From positions 1,154,849 through 1,218,848 of the forward strand of contig CBDAOD010000002.1 of the NCBI GenBank assembly GCA_965197935.1: a stretch of DNA of 64,000 nucleotides, read 5' to 3'. The position numbers were made by a program, and so were the translations under genes. Source of the DNA: Vicinamibacterales bacterium. GTDB taxonomy: Bacteria; Acidobacteriota; Vicinamibacteria; Vicinamibacterales; CAZQMT01. Under the pieces are notes generated by a model, which was given only the letters and a program-made list of their open reading frames with translations, made no database searches and was not told the origin of the DNA. Of this stretch, positions 39,914 through 50,740 are shown piece by piece (positions within the stretch are counted from its first letter, which is position 1; every line of letters begins with the position of its first letter).

Positions 39914-42469
39914 ATGATCAAGAGCCACGTCGCACTCAGCCAGGCGATCGAGAAGTTCGTCCGATCGCCCACAAATCCGGCCGCCGAAGGGTATCGATCG
40001 CAGCGTACCGAGATCCTGAAGCGCTTTCCACGCGACAAGTGGCCAGAAATGCGGCTGGACGATTACGCGCTGGGCCAGCCAGTGGTGGAAGACACTTACT
40101 GCCGCTGGCTGGAGTACAAGTCTCAGTGGATGGGCAGCATGCGAGGTGGATCCGCCAGGAAGCTGATCATCTACAAACGGAAGGATCGGGAGGAATGGTA
40201 CTTTCCGAAGGCGTTTTCAAATGAGCGGGAGGCGTGGGACCGGTTACGGAGCGAGTTCTCGCAGGCATTCGAGCTAGCAGCGCGTGGCGAGTGGGAACGC
40301 ATCGACGAGCTCGAGACGCTGGGACTCGGGCCGGCGGTGAAGCTGAAGTCGCTCCACGTGTATTTCCCCGACGAGGTGCTGCCCGTCTACGCGACCGCCC
40401 ACCTGCGACATTACCTGCGTTCGTTGGATCGCCCCTCGGAGGAGGTCAACGCGTCGTCGGTGGTGGCGCTGAATCGGTTCTTGCTTGCGGCCCTGCGGCG
40501 CGAACCTGCGGTGGAGGGCTGGAACACTGAGGAGCTGCAGCGGCTGCTCTACAACTGGCGCGATCCGCGCGAGACGAAGCGGGTGTTGAAAATTGCGCCA
40601 GGCGAGGATGCGCGGTTCTGGGACGATTGCTTGCGGGAGAGCTACATCTGCGTCGGCTGGGACGAGGTGGGCGATCTCTCGCAGTTCGAATCGAAGGAGG
40701 TATTCCGTACTCGGTTCGAGGAGGCCTACCCCTACAAGGGGCACCTTCCCCAGGCGAGACGGAAGGGCAACGAGCTGTGGACGCTTACCGAGCTGGAGCC
40801 CGGCGACCTCGTCGTCGCCAATCAAGGTATCGGCCGAGTGCTTGCCTTGGGAGAGGTTGTCCAACCGGGATATCGATGGGCCGATGAGCGTCCCGAGTAC
40901 CAGCACACGGTAGCGGTGAAGTGGAACACGACCTACGAGCAACGTGTGGCACCACAGAAGAGCTGGGCAACCGTGACGGTCGCCAAGGTGCCTGACACGC
41001 TGCTGAGGACCATCGTGAGGGGCAAGAAGGCGCGCCCGATGGTGGTCGATGCTGTGTACGGGCGCATCGCCACGGCCCTCGAGCGCAAAGGCCAGGTGAT
41101 TCTGTATGGGCCACCGGGCACCGGAAAGACCTACCAGGCCAGGCGATTCGCGGTCTGGTGGTTGTTGAGACAGATCGGCCGTGAGGGGGCCGACACGGTG
41201 CTTGGCGATTCTGATCGGTTGCGCGAGGAGGAGCGTGAGCTCTCGACCTCCCAGGTGTCGTCGCGGGTCTGGTGGGTGGTGGCCAACCCGAAGCAGTGGA
41301 GCTGGGACCGGCTCTTTCTGGACGGCAAGGTCGACTATCGATACGGTCGCCTCAAACGGAACTATCCGCTGGTACAACGGGGCGATCTGGTGATTGGGTA
41401 CCAGAGTACGCCAGACAAGCGCGTTGTGGCCCTTGCACGGGTGAGTCGGGAACTCCAGAGCGTCGGCGACAACGCCCCAACGATTGAGCTAGAGCCTGTC
41501 GAGCAACTCAACCGCGGACTGAGCTATGACGAGCTGATGCAAGACGCGGTACTGGCGAAGAGTGAGCCGATGCGGTTCAACAACCAGGGCACGCTCTTCG
41601 CGCTGACGGAGACCGAAGCGGAGCACCTCTTCGTGCAGCTAGCGGAACGTCATCCACAGCGTGCCATCCTGGAGCAGGCCGGTGATTCGGGCACGACGGC
41701 CAGCGTGGGCTCGCTGACCCGCGTGACGTTTCACCCCTCCTACACGTACGAGGACTTCATCGAAGGGTTTCGTCCTGTCGCGGGCGGAGCTGGCGGGTTG
41801 TCGCTGGCGCTCGACGACGGCGTCTTCAAAAGGGTCTGCCGCGCCGCTCAGGCGAATCCCGGTCGTCCGTATCTCCTGCTGATAGACGAGATCAATCGTG
41901 GCAACGTCGCCAAGATCATGGGCGAGCTACTGACGCTGCTCGAGCGAGACAAGCGTGGCCTCACCCTGACCCTGCCGCAGAGCAAGGAGACCTTCAGCGT
42001 GCCGTGCAACATGTTTCTGCTGGGCACGATGAATACCGCTGATCGCAGCATCAAGCTGCTCGACGCCGCCCTGCGACGGCGCTTCGCGTTTCTCGAGTGC
42101 ATGCCCGACAGCGAGCTGCTGCACGGCGCCGCCGTCGGTGACCTCGCGCTCGACGACTTCCTCGATGGGCTGAATCAGCGGATCGCCCGAGTCGAGGGAC
42201 GTGAGAAACAAGTGGGTCATTCGTATCTACTGGTCGACGGTCGGCCGGTAGACGAGGTCGAGGAGTTCGCGGCCCGGTTCCGAGAGGAGATTCTGCCGCT
42301 GCTCCAGGAATACTGCTACGACGAGTACGCGACGCTGGCGAAGTTCATAGGCAGTGAGCTGGTCGATGCCGCCGCCGGCACACTGGACGCGGAGAAGGTT
42401 GCCGACGCCGAGCAACTGGTTGCGGCGTTGGCGCGAGAGTTCGGTGAGGGTGAGGTCTCCTCGGCATGA
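39914..42469 (+). CDS. mcrB: McrB-family AAA+ GTPase with N-terminal reader domains and an EVE-like insertion
   Basis: GPPGTGKT, FHPSYTYEDFIEG, IDEINRGN, MNTADRS, LRRRF. Probable start MIKSHV at 39914. Confidence 0.9.
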   Translation: MIKSHVALSQAIEKFVRSPTNPAAEGYRSQRTEILKRFPRDKWPEMRLDDYALGQPVVEDTYCRWLEYKSQWMGSMRGGSARKLIIYKRKDREEWYFPKAFSNEREAWDRLRSEFSQAFELAARGEWERIDELETLGLGPAVKLKSLHVYFPDEVLPVYATAHLRHYLRSLDRPSEEVNASSVVALNRFLLAALRREPAVEGWNTEELQRLLYNWRDPRETKRVLKIAPGEDARFWDDCLRESYICVGWDEVGDLSQFESKEVFRTRFEEAYPYKGHLPQARRKGNELWTLTELEPGDLVVANQGIGRVLALGEVVQPGYRWADERPEYQHTVAVKWNTTYEQRVAPQKSWATVTVAKVPDTLLRTIVRGKKARPMVVDAVYGRIATALERKGQVILYGPPGTGKTYQARRFAVWWLLRQIGREGADTVLGDSDRLREEERELSTSQVSSRVWWVVANPKQWSWDRLFLDGKVDYRYGRLKRNYPLVQRGDLVIGYQSTPDKRVVALARVSRELQSVGDNAPTIELEPVEQLNRGLSYDELMQDAVLAKSEPMRFNNQGTLFALTETEAEHLFVQLAERHPQRAILEQAGDSGTTASVGSLTRVTFHPSYTYEDFIEGFRPVAGGAGGLSLALDDGVFKRVCRAAQANPGRPYLLLIDEINRGNVAKIMGELLTLLERDKRGLTLTLPQSKETFSVPCNMFLLGTMNTADRSIKLLDAALRRRFAFLECMPDSELLHGAAVGDLALDDFLDGLNQRIARVEGREKQVGHSYLLVDGRPVDEVEEFAARFREEILPLLQEYCYDEYATLAKFIGSELVDAAAGTLDAEKVADAEQLVAALAREFGEGEVSSA

Positions 42470-43830
42470 CTGATCCGGAGGGTGTGCGACGCCTTGGGCC
42501 CTTGTCCGAGTGGACGAGTGAGGTCTACCACGGCGTCGCGCTCACACCGGAGGACCGCGCCGTTGTCGAGAAGTGGTCGGCCTCGGCCGATGACCGGCTG
42601 CAGATCGAGGAGCTGCGTCGGGGGCTGCGCGTTCGGACCCGATCGTGGGTGGGCGTCGTGCGCCTACCGACCGTCGAAATTCGGGTCGTACCGAAGGTGA
42701 CCGGCGACCTGCTCGGGCTGGTGCGGCTCCTCGAGTACGCGTCGGGGCTCGATGCGCTGATTCGCCTTCGTGACGGTGCGACTTTTGAGGCTTCCGGCGA
42801 CAGCCTGCTTGAGCTCATCGTCCTGCTCTTCGTGGAGGCCAGCGAGCGGGTGCTAGGGCGGGGCCTGCTGTCAGGCTATGTTGAACGCGAGGACGACCTG
42901 CCGATCGTGCGCGGACGAATTCTCGGCGACCGCCAGCTACTCGAACGCTTCGGCCAGCTCGACCGCATCATCTGCCGCTTCGACGAGTTGGAACACGACG
43001 TTGTCGAGAACCAGTTGCTGACTGCGGCCCTCCAGGTAGCGTCTCCGCGAGTCACCTCCGTCGGACTCCAACGCCGCATCTCGCGGCTCCGGGGCGTGCT
43101 CGAGCCCATATGCGACACCGACCAGCTCAACCTCGCGGGCGCGCGGACGACCATGACCTACAACCGGTTGAACGCGCACTACGAGACGGCCCACCAGTTG
43201 GCATGGCTGCTGTTCGATGCTCTAGGCATCGATGACCTGTTCGCGCCCGGTGCGGCCCAGTCGTTTTCGTTTCTGTTGAACATGAACCAGTTGTTCGAGC
43301 GCTTTGTGACCCGAGTCGTCGAGCAGGTCCTGCCGGCGGCCCGGTATCGCGTGACGTTTCAGCGCCCTTTCAAGTCCGTTGTGTGGAATGTCTCGAGCCA
43401 GCGTCCTTACACGAGCATCATCCCGGATGTCGTCGTCGAGCGGCGGGGAGAGTCGGATGGCCGGGTGGCGATTGACGCCAAGTACAAGCTGTACGATGAG
43501 CGCGGGTTCGATCAGAGCGACATCTACCAGACGTTCCTCTATGCGTTCGCCCTCGGTGTGACAGCCTCGGGTGGGGTGCCGACATCCCTGCTGCTGTATC
43601 CGGCGACGGCTGAAGAGTCTAGAAGCACGCGGCTACGGATTCGTCGGCTGTCCGGGGGAGCGGGAGCGGAAATCGTCGGTATTGGTCTGCCGGTCGCGGC
43701 TCTGCTGAAGGAGGTGACGGCTGGCGCCGGAGAGACGCCGTTACGCGACGGCTTGGCGACAGTCATCGACAAGTCGTTCGGGATTCTTGGTGCGGTGGCA
43801 GTACGTCCCGAGGTCGCCACTTCGGCGTAA
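42466..43830 (+). CDS. mcrC: McrC-family nuclease subunit
   Basis: FLLNMNQLFERFV, IIPDVVV, IDAKYK, DIYQ. ATGA overlap with mcrB. Confidence 0.9.
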   Translation: MTDPEGVRRLGPLSEWTSEVYHGVALTPEDRAVVEKWSASADDRLQIEELRRGLRVRTRSWVGVVRLPTVEIRVVPKVTGDLLGLVRLLEYASGLDALIRLRDGATFEASGDSLLELIVLLFVEASERVLGRGLLSGYVEREDDLPIVRGRILGDRQLLERFGQLDRIICRFDELEHDVVENQLLTAALQVASPRVTSVGLQRRISRLRGVLEPICDTDQLNLAGARTTMTYNRLNAHYETAHQLAWLLFDALGIDDLFAPGAAQSFSFLLNMNQLFERFVTRVVEQVLPAARYRVTFQRPFKSVVWNVSSQRPYTSIIPDVVVERRGESDGRVAIDAKYKLYDERGFDQSDIYQTFLYAFALGVTASGGVPTSLLLYPATAEESRSTRLRIRRLSGGAGAEIVGIGLPVAALLKEVTAGAGETPLRDGLATVIDKSFGILGAVAVRPEVATSA

Positions 43831-44307
43831 CAGCACTTCCGTCTGCACAGGGGGCAGAATGCGGGTGTCCTACAGGCGCAAGAAGGCCTAACTCTGAAGT
43901 CCGTTTCGAAGGCTGATGCGATGCTTGATCACGGTCCGTACACCGCTTCATAGCGCTCCCGCGCCAACGCCTGCTGCTCACGTTTCTCAGAGATCTCGGC
44001 TCCTCGCTTTCCGATGGGTGCGCTGCCGCCTCCGGCCAGTACGGCATGATGGGCTATCTGCACGAGGGCCGACAGTACATCGTCGTGCAGGTGGCTGGCC
44101 CGGACCTGCCCGGATCGCTAGCGGCGCTGCGGTTGCCATGACGGGCAATGGCCTCCCACAGTGACTACGCTTTTCCGCGAGCTTGACTGTCGCCCACGCT
44201 GGTTCGTATCGAAGACAACGCGGGTCACGCTTCGTCCATACGAACTGCAGGATCTCTTTGATCAGATGATATCGATATAGGTATCGGGACTTCAGTCGGG
44301 GACACGC

Positions 44308-47300
44308 ATGACGGACTTTATCGACATCCAACGTCGATTCGTCGACCTGACGGACGCGACACTCGATGATATCGAGCTTCTCCTTTCATTGAGCGAACAT
44401 GAATTCCGCCCGAGTATCGGCTGGTCAGAATTGTTAGAGTACGGTCGGGTCATTTTGCTCGCGGAGGCGGGGGCCGGAAAGACCAAAGAGATGGAAGTGC
44501 AGGTGAAACGCCTCGTTGAAGAAGCTCAGTTCGCCTTTTTTCTCCCACTCGAATCCCTCGATCGCACACCGGTTATCGACCTATTCTCAGCGGCTGATGA
44601 AAGCAATTTCGAAGCCTGGAAACGGGATGGTGACGCGCCAGCTTGGTTTTTCCTTGACGCGGTGGACGAGCTGAAGCTTACGAAGGGCAAGCTCGATAGA
44701 TCGCTTCATTTCTTTTCGAAGGCGATCAACGGCCACCTCGGCCGCGCGCGAGTCATCATTTCTTGCCGTCCCAGCGACTGGCGTCCAAGTCTCGACATGA
44801 CCACGGTGCGGAATAAGCTGCCTGTGCCTGCGAGAGGTGACGATAATGTCTTGAGCGACGGTGACGAAGTGTTCATTGGGGCGCTTAGGCGTGACGTCCA
44901 AGACACGAGCACTGCTACTCCAGAGGCACGGGATGTTGCCGATCAGAATGCCTTCCGAACGGTAGCAATGCTTCCGATGAACGATACACAGATCAAACTC
45001 TTCGCGGAGCAGTCGACCGTGAATGACGCGGCCGCGTTTCTTGCTGAGATCGCCGGACAAAACGCCTGGACATTTGCCCGTCGTCCCTTGGACCTGACGG
45101 AGTTGATCGCAACTTGGACGAGCTCGGGGCGTCTCGGGACTCGGGCAGAGCAGCACGAGACGAACGTCACGACCAGGTTGAGCGACGATCCCGATCGACC
45201 CGACCACGGTGTTCTCACCGACGTTCAGCTTCGCCGGGGTGCGGAGCGCCTCGCGCTCGGGCTCGCGGTCACCCGCACACGTAACATCCGATCCCCAGAA
45301 CAAGCATTGGACATCGACCGAACGGACGGGGTCCTTGATGCGGCGAGCATCCTACGCGACTGGACCGACGCCCAACGGCAAGTGCTACTTCGACGCGCTC
45401 TATTCGACCCTGCCACCTACGGTCGCGTTCGCTTTTATCATCGTTCAGTTCAGGAGTACCTCGCTGCCAAGCAATTGCTGACGCTGCACGAGCAGGGCAT
45501 GTCAACGAAGGCGCTATTTCGTCTACTGTTCGCGGAACGCTATGGCGTTGAAGTCGTGCGTCCATCAATGCGTGCGGTCGCCGCGTGGCTCGCGCTGTGG
45601 AATGACCCGGTGCGCCGCGAGTTGATCAAGCGCGAACCCGTGGCGCTTTTGACGCTCGGCGATCCGGAGACACTCGACCTTCCCGACAGGGGCAACCTCG
45701 TCCGGGCGTGTGTGGCGGCCTACGGCCATGGAGGATGGCTGCGCCTGGACATTCCAGAGGACGAAGTGCGCAGGCTTGCAGACCCGGCGCTTGCACCCGT
45801 AATACGCGAGTGTTGGGGAGACGGACCGGTGAACGACGATGTTCGGGAACTGCTGGTCACGATGATTTGGCTGGGACCAGTCGATAGCTGTGCCGACTTG
45901 GCTCTTGCGGCGGCATGGGACACAACGTGGTGCCCGTACGGGCGCATTATCGCCATCCGGGCGCTTCTTGCCTGTGGCCAGAAGGTCAGCGTCCGAGAGC
46001 TTGCAGATGATATTTTGGCCAGTCATGCGTTCTGGCCAGATAGGGTCGTGCACGGTGTCGCGGCAGATCTATTCCCCAAGATCATCACGGCCGAAGAGCT
46101 GATCACGTTGATGGAGCGAACCCGCGAGCCGAAGCAATCTGTTGGCGGCTTTGGTTGGGTAACGCGGAGGATTGTCGAGACCATTGAGCCGTGGTCGGAG
46201 GCGGCGGTCGGTTTGCGCGACGAAATGAAGAGCCTCATCTGGCGCGGACGTGAGCTAACGCAGAAGTCGTACCACATTTGCGGCAGGTTCAATCACCTCG
46301 CGCCAGCGCTTGCAATACTGTGCTACCGGCAGCTTTCCGAGGCGGCCAAGCAACTGGATGCCGACTTGATCCATGCCTGCGTGATCGCCTCTCGGTTCGG
46401 TGAGAATGAGTCCAGTAGGCATGACACGGTTGCGAAACTCAAGGAGTATTTTGAGATGGACGCAGCATTGCGAAATGAAAGCTTCTGGGTCGAGCTGGCG
46501 TTCATGGACCAGGTCGCTCCGGTAAATGACGACTGGCATCGTTTCTACCAGACGGCGGAATACGGTTTGGTCAGTCATCCAACCGAGGCTGATCGGCCTT
46601 GGCTCGAAACAGCCCTTGCAGACGAGAGCCGGCCGGAACGACGTGCCGTCTCGCTTCATGCTTTGATTCAACTCTGGTATCGGCGAGGGCGAATTGTTGG
46701 AGAACTGAACGCTATCCGAGCAAATCTGAAGGGTGATTCGGTCCTCGAGCAGATCTTGGCAGAACGTACCGCGCCGCCGGAGCAGGCCGAAAGTCTTGAG
46801 AGAATGGAGCGTAAGCGTCGGCGCCGGCAAACCATGGAGGCGCGCCGAGAGGCGGAACGTTTGGAGAAATGGAGGAAATGGCGCGACGAGTTGCTTGCCG
46901 ATCCCGCCAGCGCATTTTCGGAGGAAAAACGAGCAGCGACATTGTCCGACATTTATTCGTGGCTTACCGCAAATTGCGGAGAGCGGAATCGCTACAATAT
47001 TTGGGACAAAGGCGCATTAGAACGGGGGTTCAGTCCGGACATCGCGGCCCGCGTCGAGAAGGCGTTTAAGACGCTGTGGCGTACTACGCGACCGGTGCTC
47101 TGGTCCGCGCGTCCAGTCGAGGAAAGGAATAGGACGCCTCGCGTTTGGATCTATGGGCTACTGGGCGTCTCGGCCGAAGCCGCGACACCGGGATGGGCAG
47201 GGTCTTTGTCGCCCGATGAGGCGCGCATCGCAGCGGCTTACGCGACCATAGAGTTGAATGGACTTGCACCGTTTATTACAGACGTGGCGGAATCGCATCC

Positions 47301-48678
47301 TGCCGAAGTGGAAGAGGTTATAGGCAGCGAGCTGAGCGCCGAGCTTTCAGTTGGCAGCGACCATGATTATCTTCCAACCCTTCAGGATTTGACGTACGCG
47401 GCGGGTAGTCTCAAGCAGCTCTTTGTCCCTCGCCTTCTTGCCGAACTGGAGTCTTGGCCGCAGGCGTGGACCAGCGACACAGCGCAGCGGTGGGCGCGGC
47501 AGCTTGGTCAGGTACTGGACATTCTAGGCGAGGCGAATGACGAGGCGGACCGAAATGCGATAACGCAGGAGTGTGCCAATCGCTACGAGTCCGATCCGGC
47601 CGGAGCGCTGGCGTGTGTGTGGCTCAGAGGTTTGGTGCGGTGCGATGGTGTACGGGGAACGCGGGCGCTGATGGCAGGGCTCGCAGATGCTAACGACCCC
47701 GGCGTCCGATCTCGTGCAATTGAGATATTCGCGGAAGTCTTTGGTCGTGACGGCGTCGTTTTCGATATCAAGGATCCCGTTCAACGTGCATACGCTTTTG
47801 GGCAACTGGTCCGTTGCGCCTACACCTTCATTCGCCCGGAGGACGACGTAGTCCACGAAGGCGTATATTCTCCGAGCAAGCGTGATGATGCGGAAGCCGC
47901 TCGAAGCTTCCTGCTTTCCAGGTTACTCGACACCCCGGGGCCGGTGGCCCGGGGTGTTGTGCTGGAGCTTGCTGCTGATCCCAGTTTTGCGAATGTTTCA
48001 GATTATCTGCGACTGCGTGCTGAACAGCGGACGGCAGCCGACGCGGAGTTCGAAACGCCGTTTGAGCCCGAGGAGGTGAATGCGCTCTCTGCCCGCCTTG
48101 AAGCTCCAGCACAAGATCGGGACGATTTGTTCGTGGTCATAATGGACCGGCTGGACGATCTCGCCCGTGACTTAGCCCATCACGATTTTACAGATCGACG
48201 GACGGTCAGGAGCATCTCGGATGAGTCGGAGATGCAACGTACGCTTGCGTGGCGTATTGCTGACAAAGCGAACGGTGCCTATTTGGTAACACGGGAAGAC
48301 GAGGTCGCCGACCGGAAGCGTACCGACATCCGACTGTTGTCGGTCAAAGGCGGTCAGAGGGCGGTCGTGGAAGTGAAGATCGCGGATAAGCGCTGGACGC
48401 TAACAGATTTTCAACGTGCGCTCCGCAACCAACTAGTAGGTCAGTATTTGCGACACAGGAATTGCAAGGCCGGTTGTCTATTACTTACCGATCACGGAAG
48501 AAGGACGTATTGGGTACATCCTGATACCAGAAAGCACCTCAAGTTTCTGGAGATGGTGGAGTTTCTAAACAATGAAGCGCGAGCTCTCGAGATTGAAACC
48601 ATGCATGATGTTCGCGTTGCAGTTTTTGGCCTGGACCTTTCCGACCCGCCGCTCGCCGGTGCGCATCGCGGAAGTTGA
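44308..48678 (+). CDS. Large STAND/NACHT-like ATPase with C-terminal PD-(D/E)xK nuclease (Avs2-like candidate)
   Basis: LLAEAGAGKT, FFLDAVDE, SCRP, FYHRSVQEYLAA. C-terminal EDEV..RKRTDIRL...VVEVK. 1456 aa, intact. Confidence 0.7.
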   Translation: MTDFIDIQRRFVDLTDATLDDIELLLSLSEHEFRPSIGWSELLEYGRVILLAEAGAGKTKEMEVQVKRLVEEAQFAFFLPLESLDRTPVIDLFSAADESNFEAWKRDGDAPAWFFLDAVDELKLTKGKLDRSLHFFSKAINGHLGRARVIISCRPSDWRPSLDMTTVRNKLPVPARGDDNVLSDGDEVFIGALRRDVQDTSTATPEARDVADQNAFRTVAMLPMNDTQIKLFAEQSTVNDAAAFLAEIAGQNAWTFARRPLDLTELIATWTSSGRLGTRAEQHETNVTTRLSDDPDRPDHGVLTDVQLRRGAERLALGLAVTRTRNIRSPEQALDIDRTDGVLDAASILRDWTDAQRQVLLRRALFDPATYGRVRFYHRSVQEYLAAKQLLTLHEQGMSTKALFRLLFAERYGVEVVRPSMRAVAAWLALWNDPVRRELIKREPVALLTLGDPETLDLPDRGNLVRACVAAYGHGGWLRLDIPEDEVRRLADPALAPVIRECWGDGPVNDDVRELLVTMIWLGPVDSCADLALAAAWDTTWCPYGRIIAIRALLACGQKVSVRELADDILASHAFWPDRVVHGVAADLFPKIITAEELITLMERTREPKQSVGGFGWVTRRIVETIEPWSEAAVGLRDEMKSLIWRGRELTQKSYHICGRFNHLAPALAILCYRQLSEAAKQLDADLIHACVIASRFGENESSRHDTVAKLKEYFEMDAALRNESFWVELAFMDQVAPVNDDWHRFYQTAEYGLVSHPTEADRPWLETALADESRPERRAVSLHALIQLWYRRGRIVGELNAIRANLKGDSVLEQILAERTAPPEQAESLERMERKRRRRQTMEARREAERLEKWRKWRDELLADPASAFSEEKRAATLSDIYSWLTANCGERNRYNIWDKGALERGFSPDIAARVEKAFKTLWRTTRPVLWSARPVEERNRTPRVWIYGLLGVSAEAATPGWAGSLSPDEARIAAAYATIELNGLAPFITDVAESHPAEVEEVIGSELSAELSVGSDHDYLPTLQDLTYAAGSLKQLFVPRLLAELESWPQAWTSDTAQRWARQLGQVLDILGEANDEADRNAITQECANRYESDPAGALACVWLRGLVRCDGVRGTRALMAGLADANDPGVRSRAIEIFAEVFGRDGVVFDIKDPVQRAYAFGQLVRCAYTFIRPEDDVVHEGVYSPSKRDDAEAARSFLLSRLLDTPGPVARGVVLELAADPSFANVSDYLRLRAEQRTAADAEFETPFEPEEVNALSARLEAPAQDRDDLFVVIMDRLDDLARDLAHHDFTDRRTVRSISDESEMQRTLAWRIADKANGAYLVTREDEVADRKRTDIRLLSVKGGQRAVVEVKIADKRWTLTDFQRALRNQLVGQYLRHRNCKAGCLLLTDHGRRTYWVHPDTRKHLKFLEMVEFLNNEARALEIETMHDVRVAVFGLDLSDPPLAGAHRGS

Positions 48679-48822
48679 GGCGGTAGACCGCAAGGCGCTC
48701 AGGTCCCGGTTCATGGACGACGTGAGTGAGCGCCTCCTCGAAATCCTCCGGGGCCGGGCGGGCCTAGAAGTGTTCGAGAACTTGATTTGTGATCGCCTTG
48801 ACCGTATGGGCTACGGGCTTAT

Positions 48823-49412
48823 GGTCACATTCTGGGATGGGTGAACCCCCTCGCCTTCAGGCGAAGCCTTCAGGAGGCTTGCGATACGATGTCCGATGAT
48901 GCGCGAGTATCGTCGAGCTGCCCATACGATCTATACCCTGCACTACCATTTCGTGTTCATCACGAAGTATCGCAAGCCGGTGCTGCGTGGGGATGTGGGC
49001 ACGGAGGTGCGGACCCTGATCCGGGAGATCTGCCGGAGCCACGACATCGAGATTCTGCAGGGGCACATTCGACCGGACCACGTGCACTTGCTGTTGAGCG
49101 TGCCCCCGCACCTGGCGCCGAGTCGGGTGATGCAAGCGATCAAAGGCAAGACGTCGCACCATCTGTTGCAGGATCACCGGAAGCTGCGGTCGTTGTTCTG
49201 GGGGCGGCACCTGTGGGCTCGCGGCTACTTCGTGTGCAGCAGCGGGAATGTGACGGATGAGGTCATCGAGCAGTACATCAAGCTTCAAGGTGCTGAACCC
49301 CAGGACGACGAGCGCTTTCGAGTCAGCGAGTAAGTTCGCTGGGGCGCCGACGCCCCTTCAGTCGACTTCAGTCGACCCGTGAATCCCTCGCCTTCAGGCG
49401 AGGGTTGTTCAA
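48823..49412 (+). mobile_element. IS200/IS605-family element (tnpA only)
   Basis: Follows TTAT, ends TCAA. Subterminal hairpins TCGCCTTCAGGCGA at both ends; guide-like GAAT before the right hairpin. Confidence 0.9.
48896..49333 (+). CDS. tnpA: IS200-type HUH (Y1) transposase
   Basis: HFVFITKYRKPVL, PDHVHLLL (HUH), IKGKTS, LWARGYF, YI. Confidence 0.95.
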   Translation: MMREYRRAAHTIYTLHYHFVFITKYRKPVLRGDVGTEVRTLIREICRSHDIEILQGHIRPDHVHLLLSVPPHLAPSRVMQAIKGKTSHHLLQDHRKLRSLFWGRHLWARGYFVCSSGNVTDEVIEQYIKLQGAEPQDDERFRVSE

Positions 49413-50582
49413 GCGAGTTGGCTCGAGCACTTATCAAAAAGATGGTGACATTGACATTGTCGCGTGGCCCCGCGCGTCATTGTTTCCATTTCTTGTGGCG
49501 GTCCAAGCCAAGCACACCATACGTCCAGAACACAGGATTGGACCTGCACCCGTTCGGGAGCTCCTGGGTGCAGTGCAGCTGCACGGGTTTAATGCTGGGC
49601 TTCTGGTGACCAACACGAGCTTCACTCCAGACGCGGAATGGGTTGCTGAGCGCAGAGCCCTCTTGATGCGGCTACCTAGCGCGCTGGCTGCGCGACGAGT
49701 ATCCACGCGAGGCAGAATGGCGCGAGATACCTGCCGAGATAAAGATATGCCCTGGCGTCGTGATCAAGCTTCCACGACACTAGAAAGGCCTGCGACGCGC
49801 GGCATCAACGGCCTGCGTAGCCCGTGCTGCCCAGTTTCTACACCGCGCATGGTCTCTGAAGTGTCAGGGTGCCTGTCCACTGGTGTCGTAGGCCCAGGTC
49901 GGTCCGAGTCCACGACGATCGTCGCGTCGCCGAACGCGCCGAGAGAGACGGGGGGAAGCCTGGCCCGCTGTTTCAACCCTCGCCCGACCACGTGATCTGC
50001 GATCATGGAGACGGTCCCCGCTGCGGTCGAAGCGGCGCGTATCGCCGGGCCCCCGCCATCGTGGACTCCTTCTCGTATAAGGGTTAGGTGTTCACGAGAA
50101 CGGGGCAAGCCCACTCCGTAGCCGCGAGACGCCCTATATGGCAAACCGTGTGGTGGACGTGCTGTCGCGGATGTTCAACGTGGTCGAGGTTTAGGGTGTG
50201 GTCCCGTGGTGGTTCAGATTACGATTTGTCCGGCTCGGTATTAGATCATCTGCGTGTCCGTGTTGAGGCGAGATCGGAGAGAGTTGCGTTCCATGTCCAG
50301 CGTCAGCGTCACTGACATCGTGAAAATCCTCAGCGGGGTGGGACTCGCGCCCACCGAAACGATAGTCATTCCAGGACGAGACTCCAGGAACAGCCCCGTG
50401 CCCCCAGGGCTGCACACGAGTGTCAAGGCAGTGCTTTCGAGGGATTGTCCAGGCGGTCTCTACTCGCATCAAGCTGCGGCAATCCAACAGATTCTTGATG
50501 GCCGGGACATATGTCTGGCAACGCCAACGGCTTCTGGGAAGAGCCTGGTCTTCATGGCTGCTGCCGCAGAACTCACTCTTAG

Positions 50583-50740
50583 AGTCTCCCTCTGGGATGG
50601 GTGAAACCCCTCGCCTTTAGGCGAAGCCTTCAGGAGGCCGCAGGGCCGGACCTCTTCGGGCTCTGGGACGTGCGCCGTGATAGTCGGCTTCAGCCGACGC
50701 GGCGCACTGATTCCCTCGCCTTCAGGCGAGGGAGACTCAA
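50583..50740 (+). mobile_element. 158-bp non-autonomous IS200/IS605-type element, copy 2
   Basis: TTAG at 50579-50582, ends TCAA. Removal gives LTLR-EQSARVLALYP in frame. Confidence 0.9.

Larger units (their letters stand above)
48713..49783 (+). pseudogene. Mrr-like restriction endonuclease interrupted by IS200
   Basis: FENLICDRL..GY / DGDIDIVA...VQAKH...VRELLG...GLLVTNTSFT. In frame after removing 48823-49412; a further frameshift lies near 49675. Confidence 0.8.

Noticed and set aside
49785-50290. Short ORFs and possible IS-end-like motifs between Mrr and the helicase
   Set aside because: No matching partner end, target duplication or recognisable protein motif was found.
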